From assembly GCA_034521815.1 (NCBI GenBank), contig JAXHLW010000011.1:24312-88311 (forward strand): a stretch of DNA of 64,000 nt, in the 5' to 3' direction. This stretch comes from Trueperaceae bacterium. Its GTDB lineage: Bacteria > Deinococcota > Deinococci > Deinococcales > Trueperaceae. The first letter of the stretch is position 1; each line of letters begins with the position of its first letter. This document shows positions 59,903-64,000 of this stretch, piece by piece. The position numbers were made by a program, and so were the translations under genes. A model generated the notes under the pieces. That model searched no databases. It saw nothing but the letters and a program-made list of their open reading frames with translations, and was not told the DNA's origin.

Positions 59903-60736
59903 GTGGAGAGCGTCTGCCCCGCCCTCGCCTCGGCGCGCAGCCCTGCGCCCTCGGCCCGCGCTGACGCGCGGACCGAGGGCGAGCTGGTCAAGGGAGGGGT
60001 GGGCCAGGGCGAGGTGGGCTACGTCCATTCGTTCCAGACCGGCTCGGCGGTGGACGGGCCGGGCCTGCGCTTCGTGCTGTGGACGACCGGCTGCCTGATG
60101 CGGTGCCTGTACTGCCACAACCCGGACACGTGGGACCTGAAGCACGGCCGTCCCCTTACGCTGGACGAGATGATGGCCGAGATCGAGAAGTACGAGCGCG
60201 CCTTGAAGATCACGGGCGGGGGCGTCACGGTGAGCGGTGGCGAGCCGCTGGTGCAGGCACCGTTCGTGACGCGGCTCCTTCGCGCCTGCAAGGAGCGCGG
60301 CCTGCACACCGTGCTGGACACCAACGGCTACCTCGGCGACCGCATCAGCGACGACGGGCTGAACGACGTCGACCTGGTCCTGCTGGACGTCAAGTCGTTC
60401 GACGCGGCCACGCACCAGCACGTCACCGGCATGGGCGTCGACGCCGTGCTGCGGTTCGCGCGGCGCCTCTCCGACGCCGGGAAGCCCGCCTGGATCCGCT
60501 TCGTCCTGGTTCCCGGCCTCACCGACGCGCCCGACAACGTCGACCGCCTCGCCGGCTTCGTCGCGACCTTGGGCAACGTCGAGCGCGTCGAGGTCCTCCC
60601 GTTTCACCAGATGGGCGCCGACAAGTGGACCCTCCTGGGCCGTCCCTATCCGCTGGCCGACACCGCACCCCCCGACCGGGCGCTGATCGCCCGCGTCGAA
60701 TCCCAGTTCGCGGCGCACGGGCTGCCCGTTCGCTAG
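59903..60736 (+). CDS. pflA: Pyruvate formate-lyase activating enzyme (radical SAM)
   Basis: ORF 59903..60736(+), GTG start; the true start may be further in. ..GYVHSFQTGSAVDGPGLRFVLWTTGCLMRCLYCHNPDTW..VTVSGGEPL..LDTNGY..VEVLPFHQMG. Confidence 0.9.
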   Translation: MESVCPALASARSPAPSARADARTEGELVKGGVGQGEVGYVHSFQTGSAVDGPGLRFVLWTTGCLMRCLYCHNPDTWDLKHGRPLTLDEMMAEIEKYERALKITGGGVTVSGGEPLVQAPFVTRLLRACKERGLHTVLDTNGYLGDRISDDGLNDVDLVLLDVKSFDAATHQHVTGMGVDAVLRFARRLSDAGKPAWIRFVLVPGLTDAPDNVDRLAGFVATLGNVERVEVLPFHQMGADKWTLLGRPYPLADTAPPDRALIARVESQFAAHGLPVR

Positions 60737-60749
60737 CCGGAGCCCCTCC

Positions 60750-62060
60750 ATGTCCGTCAAGAACACGTCCGTCAAGAACACGCCCGTCAAGAACAGGCCC
60801 GCCAAGAACCGTTGGCTCATCGTCCTGTCCGCCGTCGTCATCCACCTCTCCATCGGCTCGGCCTATATGTACAGCGTGTTCAAGCGACCCCTGGCCGACG
60901 CCCTGGGCTGGAGCAGCACCGAGACGTCCCTGGCCTTCACGGTCGCCATCTTCTTCCTGGGACTCTCCGCCGCCGTGTTCGGGCCGTTCGTGGAGCGACG
61001 CGGCCCCCGTGCGTCGGCGCTCGTGGCCGCCGTGCTGTTCGCCGGCGGTCACGCCATCGCGGGCGCGGCGGTGGCCGCCGGCAGCCTCTGGCTGTTCTAC
61101 CTCGGTTACGGCGTCGTCGGCGGGATCGGGCTGGGGATCGGCTACATCTCGCCCGTCTCGACGCTGGTGAAGTGGTTCCCCGACCGGCGCGGCATGGCCA
61201 CCGGGATGGCCGTGCTGGGCTTCGGCGCGGGCGCCCTCCTCGCCAGCCCGATCGCGGCGCGGCTGATCCAATCGGTCGGCATCTCGCAGACGTTCTTCGT
61301 CCTGGGCGCCGTGTTCCTGGTCCTGATGGCCTCCGGGGCGAGCTACATCGCCAGGCCGCCGGAAGGCTGGGCGCCCGCCGCGGCGGCGAGCGGGACGAGG
61401 CGGACCCGGGTGACCGAGGACCTGGCCCAGCTCACCGCGCGGGAGGCCCTGCGCACGCCGCGCTTCTGGATGCTGTGGGTGATGATGTTCATCAACATCT
61501 CGGCAGGCATCATGCTGATCTCGGTGGCGTCGCCGCTGGCGCAGGAGCAGATCGGCATGACGGCCGTGGCGGCCGCGGCGATGGTCGGGCTGATGGGCCT
61601 GTTCAACGGCGCCGGGCGCATCGGCTGGGCCTCGGCGTCCGACTACCTGGGGCGCGAGAACGTGTTCATCCTGTTCTTCGCCGTGCAGCTCGCAGCGTTC
61701 CTGCTGCTGCCGATGACCTCGAACGCGCTCCTCTTCCAAATCCTGCTGTTCACGGTGCTGACGATGTACGGCGGCGGCTTCGCGTCGCTCCCCGCCTTCA
61801 TCGGCGACCTGTTCGGAACGAAGCAGCTGGCCGCCATCCACGGCCTCCTGCTCACCGCCTGGTCGATGGCGGGCATCGTGGGACCGATGGTCGTGGCCTT
61901 CGTCCGGGACAGCACGGGCAGCTACGAGCTGTCGTTCTACCTGTTCGCGGGGCTGCTGCTCTTGGCCCTGGTCACGTCGCTCGGCATGGCGGCGAACCTT
62001 CGGAGCATCCGGCAGCGGAACGCGCGGACGGGCACGGAGGGGTCGCTGGTCGAGGCGTAG
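60750..62060 (+). CDS. MFS transporter, oxalate/formate antiporter (OFA) family (436 aa)
   Basis: Intact ORF. ..NRWLIVLSAVVIHLSIGSAYMYSVFKRPLADALGWSSTETSLAFTVAIFFLGLSAAVFGPFVERRGPR..YISPVSTLVKWFPDRRGMATG.. fits my recollection of OFA-family N-termini. It lies directly after pflA. Confidence 0.82.
   Translation: MSVKNTSVKNTPVKNRPAKNRWLIVLSAVVIHLSIGSAYMYSVFKRPLADALGWSSTETSLAFTVAIFFLGLSAAVFGPFVERRGPRASALVAAVLFAGGHAIAGAAVAAGSLWLFYLGYGVVGGIGLGIGYISPVSTLVKWFPDRRGMATGMAVLGFGAGALLASPIAARLIQSVGISQTFFVLGAVFLVLMASGASYIARPPEGWAPAAAASGTRRTRVTEDLAQLTAREALRTPRFWMLWVMMFINISAGIMLISVASPLAQEQIGMTAVAAAAMVGLMGLFNGAGRIGWASASDYLGRENVFILFFAVQLAAFLLLPMTSNALLFQILLFTVLTMYGGGFASLPAFIGDLFGTKQLAAIHGLLLTAWSMAGIVGPMVVAFVRDSTGSYELSFYLFAGLLLLALVTSLGMAANLRSIRQRNARTGTEGSLVEA
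60753..60812 (+). repeat. 15-bp tandem repeat x4 at the 5' end of the OFA transporter gene
   Basis: tccgtcaagaacacg / tccgtcaagaacacg / cccgtcaagaacagg / cccgccaagaaccgt, encoding SVKNT-SVKNT-PVKNR-PAKNR. Confidence 0.8.
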
Positions 62061-62149
62061 CGGACCGCGCGCCATGCCGGCCAAGCTCGAGGCCAGAAGC
62101 GCGACGACAGCAAAGCCGCCGACCAGACATTTCAAATTGCAGGACGCCG

Positions 62150-62382
62150 CCTGCGCATCCCATCGCTGTGCCTCGCGCTGTCTTGCGCCTCCGGAGCGAA
62201 TCCATCACGTCCTCGGACATGTCGTTGCGCGCCCAGATCCGCTCGAGCAGATCAAACCCAGATCCCGACGCAGAGCGGCCTCAGACGATTTCGCTGTCGC
62301 GCCTGCCGGTGCAGGCCGCGCGAACCCTCACGGCCTTCCAGACCTCTTCATCGATCGTTAGCGTCGTGCGGATCTTCGCCAT
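62150..62382 (-). pseudogene. Ribbon-helix-helix (CopG/VapB-like) antitoxin remnant with about two frame breaks; no toxin partner (3' boundary approximate)
   Basis: My translation from ATG 62382: MAKIRTTLTIDEEVWKAVRVRAACTGRRDSEIV*, stop at 62281-62283. Out-of-phase continuations read EAALRRDLG.. and ..FDLLERIWARNDMSEDVMDSLRRRK. This pattern is typical of RHH antitoxins. Only about 100 nt remain before the OFA gene, and no PIN-like text is present. Confidence 0.5.
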
Positions 62383-62575
62383 ACCTGCGCCATAGCATCT
62401 GATGCCGCTAGGTGAGGTCGGCACTCGCTCCCGCCGACTCCACCTGGTTCCCGGACCAGATCACCCCTCAGGTACCCGTAGCGCGTGACGGCGTGGGCCT
62501 CTCCCGAGCTCGCGAAGGCCGATGACCTACCCCCGCCCATGTACACCGTCGATACCGCGTGCTAAGGATGCGAAC

Positions 62576-63156
62576 ATGAGACGCCTCAGCAGCAGTCCTC
62601 GTCCTGGCCCTCGCCACCGGTGCGCTGGCGCAGGGCGGCTATACGCCGAGGAGTACAGCGCCAACGCCCGCACCGCCCTGGCGCGACAGCTGTGCGACGA
62701 CGAACGCGCCGACAGCGACGCGCTTCGCTCCCTCGACCCGGCCGTGTACGTGCTGCAGCTCGGAGAGCGCACGCTGCCGGCGTGCAAGGCCGTGCTGCGC
62801 CTCGACCCGCCACCCCGCCGCCGCGCACGTCCCGAAGCCCCTGCGAAGCCGTCGTCCCCGAGAGCGAGGCAGTCGTGCGGATGGAACGAGCTCGCACGAT
62901 GCCCGACCAGCGTCGACGCGTATCGAGCAGCACCTGAACTACCTCCGTCACGTCACCGAGGCGGCAGGGGGCACGTTCAGCGACGTCGTCACCGACCCCG
63001 GCGAGAACGTCGCGCCCTGGACCGCGGCGGACGCCGACGCGCTCCTGTTCCGCGTCCTGGCGCCGCCCGACATGCGTGCCATCCTCGTCTTCGCCACCTA
63101 CCGCGAGCCCGCGACCGGCGAGACGGAAGTTCCTCGTCACCACCCACCCGTTCTAG
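62576..63156 (+). pseudogene. Hypothetical small secreted protein, broken by several frame changes
   Basis: ATG 62576 with AAGGA 7 nt upstream. A signal-like stretch VLVLALATGALAQGGY appears only in a shifted frame. Later readable pieces: EEYSANARTALARQLCDDERADSDALRSLDPAVYVLQLGERTLPACKAVLRLDP, RIEQHLNYLRHVTEAAGGTFSDVVTDPGENVAPWTAADADALLFRVLAPPDMRAILVFATYREPATG, ..KFLVTTHPF, stop TAG 63154-63156. Confidence 0.3.
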
Positions 63157-63457
63157 CCCGGCGCCCGCACGGCGCTGCCACACCCTCGCTGCGCCCGGCC
63201 TCGCTCGTCGTGTGCAGGACGACACCCGCCAGACCCACGTCGAAGCCGGTGTCGGTCTGGAGCACGGCGAACGGGTAACCGAGGTGCCGCATGGTGATGC
63301 GCGCCATGTGGATGCGCCATCCTCCCGTGGCCAGCATGTCGGAGGCGCAACGACTGGCGATGCGCATCGACAGAGGCACACGCCTCCCGCTACTCCTTCT
63401 TCTTCGATACGAGCGGTCATGGAAGGCCCGTCTTGCAGAGACATTGCGGACTGTCAA
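63137..63457 (-). pseudogene. Possible C-terminal fragment of an RluA-family pseudouridine synthase
   Basis: ORF 63137..63457(-). ..DMLATGGWRIHMARITMRHLGYPFAVLQTDTGFD..GVVLHTTS.. loosely parallels the ..TGRTHQIRVH....GHP..GD..YG....LHA.. C-terminal signature. The N-terminal catalytic part has no room upstream. Confidence 0.25.
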
Positions 63458-63481
63458 CGGCCATTGGTTCGTGGCTCTACG

Positions 63482-63832
63482 TCACTCTTGGTGATCGTCG
63501 ACCGTGAACGGCAGGTTCTGCAACTCGACGAGCCGTTCTAGGTCGTCGGCGGACTCCCACGTGTCGCGCTTGAACGCCTGATGGAAGGCATCGATGCCGT
63601 GCGTGGAGTCACGGGCGACAGTCTGCGAACGCTCGAAATCGTTCGCGGCCATGATGCCGATCAGGTAGTCGCCGTCATCTCGACGATCCATGAAGAAGCA
63701 TTCGAGGATCACGCCTTCATCCCGAAGCGTCTCGAGCGCTTCTTCCTTGCGCCGCATGATTTCCTCGGCCCACGCCCGCACACGGTCACCGGAGTTGGGC
63801 TTGAGTTTGATGCGAAACGCACGCGTCTCCAT
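63482..63832 (-). CDS. Small hypothetical protein (116 aa), DUF6176-like
   Basis: Intact ORF, visibly lower GC than its surroundings. METRAFRIKLKPNSGDRVRAWAEEIMRRKEEALETLRDEGVILECFFMDRRDDGDYLIGIMAAN..STHGIDAFHQAFKR.. The family name is recalled from similar small proteins and is unverified. Confidence 0.6.
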   Translation of the reverse strand: METRAFRIKLKPNSGDRVRAWAEEIMRRKEEALETLRDEGVILECFFMDRRDDGDYLIGIMAANDFERSQTVARDSTHGIDAFHQAFKRDTWESADDLERLVELQNLPFTVDDHQE

Positions 63833-63841
63833 GGCCTTAAG

Positions 63842-64000
63842 CTAGCACGTCACGACGATGGCCCTTCGGATGCGGCAGCCGCGGGAGCAGTACCGCACCT
63901 CGTCCCACACCCCGCGCCGACGCCACTTCCCGCGGTTGGAGAAGGGCCGCCCGCAGGCCGCGCACGTCTTCGTCTCGGTCGGCCTCGCCCGCGGCGTCAT
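63842..64000 (-). CDS. DUF2256 domain-containing small zinc-ribbon-like protein (52 aa; the start coincides with the window edge)
   Basis: My translation: MTPRARPTETKTCAACGRPFSNRGKWRRRGVWDEVRYCSRGCRIRRAIVVTC*, stop TAG 63842-63844. The C-x2-CGRPF...WDEVRYCS..CR pattern matches DUF2256. Confidence 0.7.
   Translation of the reverse strand: MTPRARPTETKTCAACGRPFSNRGKWRRRGVWDEVRYCSRGCRIRRAIVVTC

Noticed and set aside
61972-62220. ORF 61972-62220(-) as a toxin partner for the RHH antitoxin remnant.
   Set aside because: Only its first ~20 codons (MSEDVMDSLRRRK..) read like the antitoxin C-terminus. The rest is Cys/Arg/Gly-rich, overlaps the 3' end of the OFA transporter on the other strand, and shows no PIN-, RelE- or MazF-like text.
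1-64000. Looked for rRNA, tRNA (T-loop GGTTCGAATCC-like boxes), CRISPR repeat-spacer periodicity, transposase or integrase genes, terminal inverted repeats and known defence-system enzymes.
   Set aside because: Reading by eye, I recognised none. The only repeats seen are the short in-frame tandem repeats and hairpins listed. A proper tRNAscan, Infernal or CRISPR-finder run could still reveal small elements I missed.

Overview
Very GC-rich (about 70% by eye, not computed), gene-dense bacterial chromosomal segment, mostly minus-strand operons. It has strong GGAGG-type ribosome-binding sites and many ATGA/GTGA start-stop overlaps. TolC-family outer-membrane factors suggest a diderm host; I cannot assign a taxon.

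Content, left to right:
- Tail of a Dpp/Opp-type ABC permease pair.
- Envelope tract (1.7-10.6 kb): a ~1090-codon lipoprotein zinc metalloprotease, an O-antigen-ligase-like membrane protein and a ~1140-codon surface lipoprotein, all shredded by frameshifts.
- MFS / two TolC-like / MacA / ABC-ATPase / MacB-permease efflux operon.
- Membrane-anchored bactofilin-like protein and VOC-family proteins.
- fhs (formate-THF ligase) with a 43-codon upstream ORF.
- DUF4342, a split YeeE/YedE pair, MFS transporters and a HAD hydrolase.
- A dense c-di-GMP set between 20.5 and 49.5 kb: six GGDEF proteins (one GGDEF-EAL) and two HD-GYP proteins, plus a LuxR-type response regulator.
- An aldo/keto reductase.
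- A cphB-cphA-ATP-grasp-sugE cluster.
- An intact LacI-rbsKACBD ribose operon with a perfect palindromic operator.
- A cupin, then pflB-pflA and an OFA-family MFS transporter.
- A short decayed tract: orphan RHH antitoxin remnant, broken secreted protein, RluA-like fragment, DUF6176-like and DUF2256 genes.

I recognised no rRNA, tRNA, CRISPR array, transposase or integrase.

Two points stand out. First, I infer more than 50 reading-frame breaks, and they are strongly clustered. Second, an uncharacterised ATP-grasp ligase and a SugE/Gdx-type exporter sit in an apparent operon with cyanophycinase and cyanophycin synthetase. All family calls rest on motifs read by eye and recalled knowledge; no searches were run.
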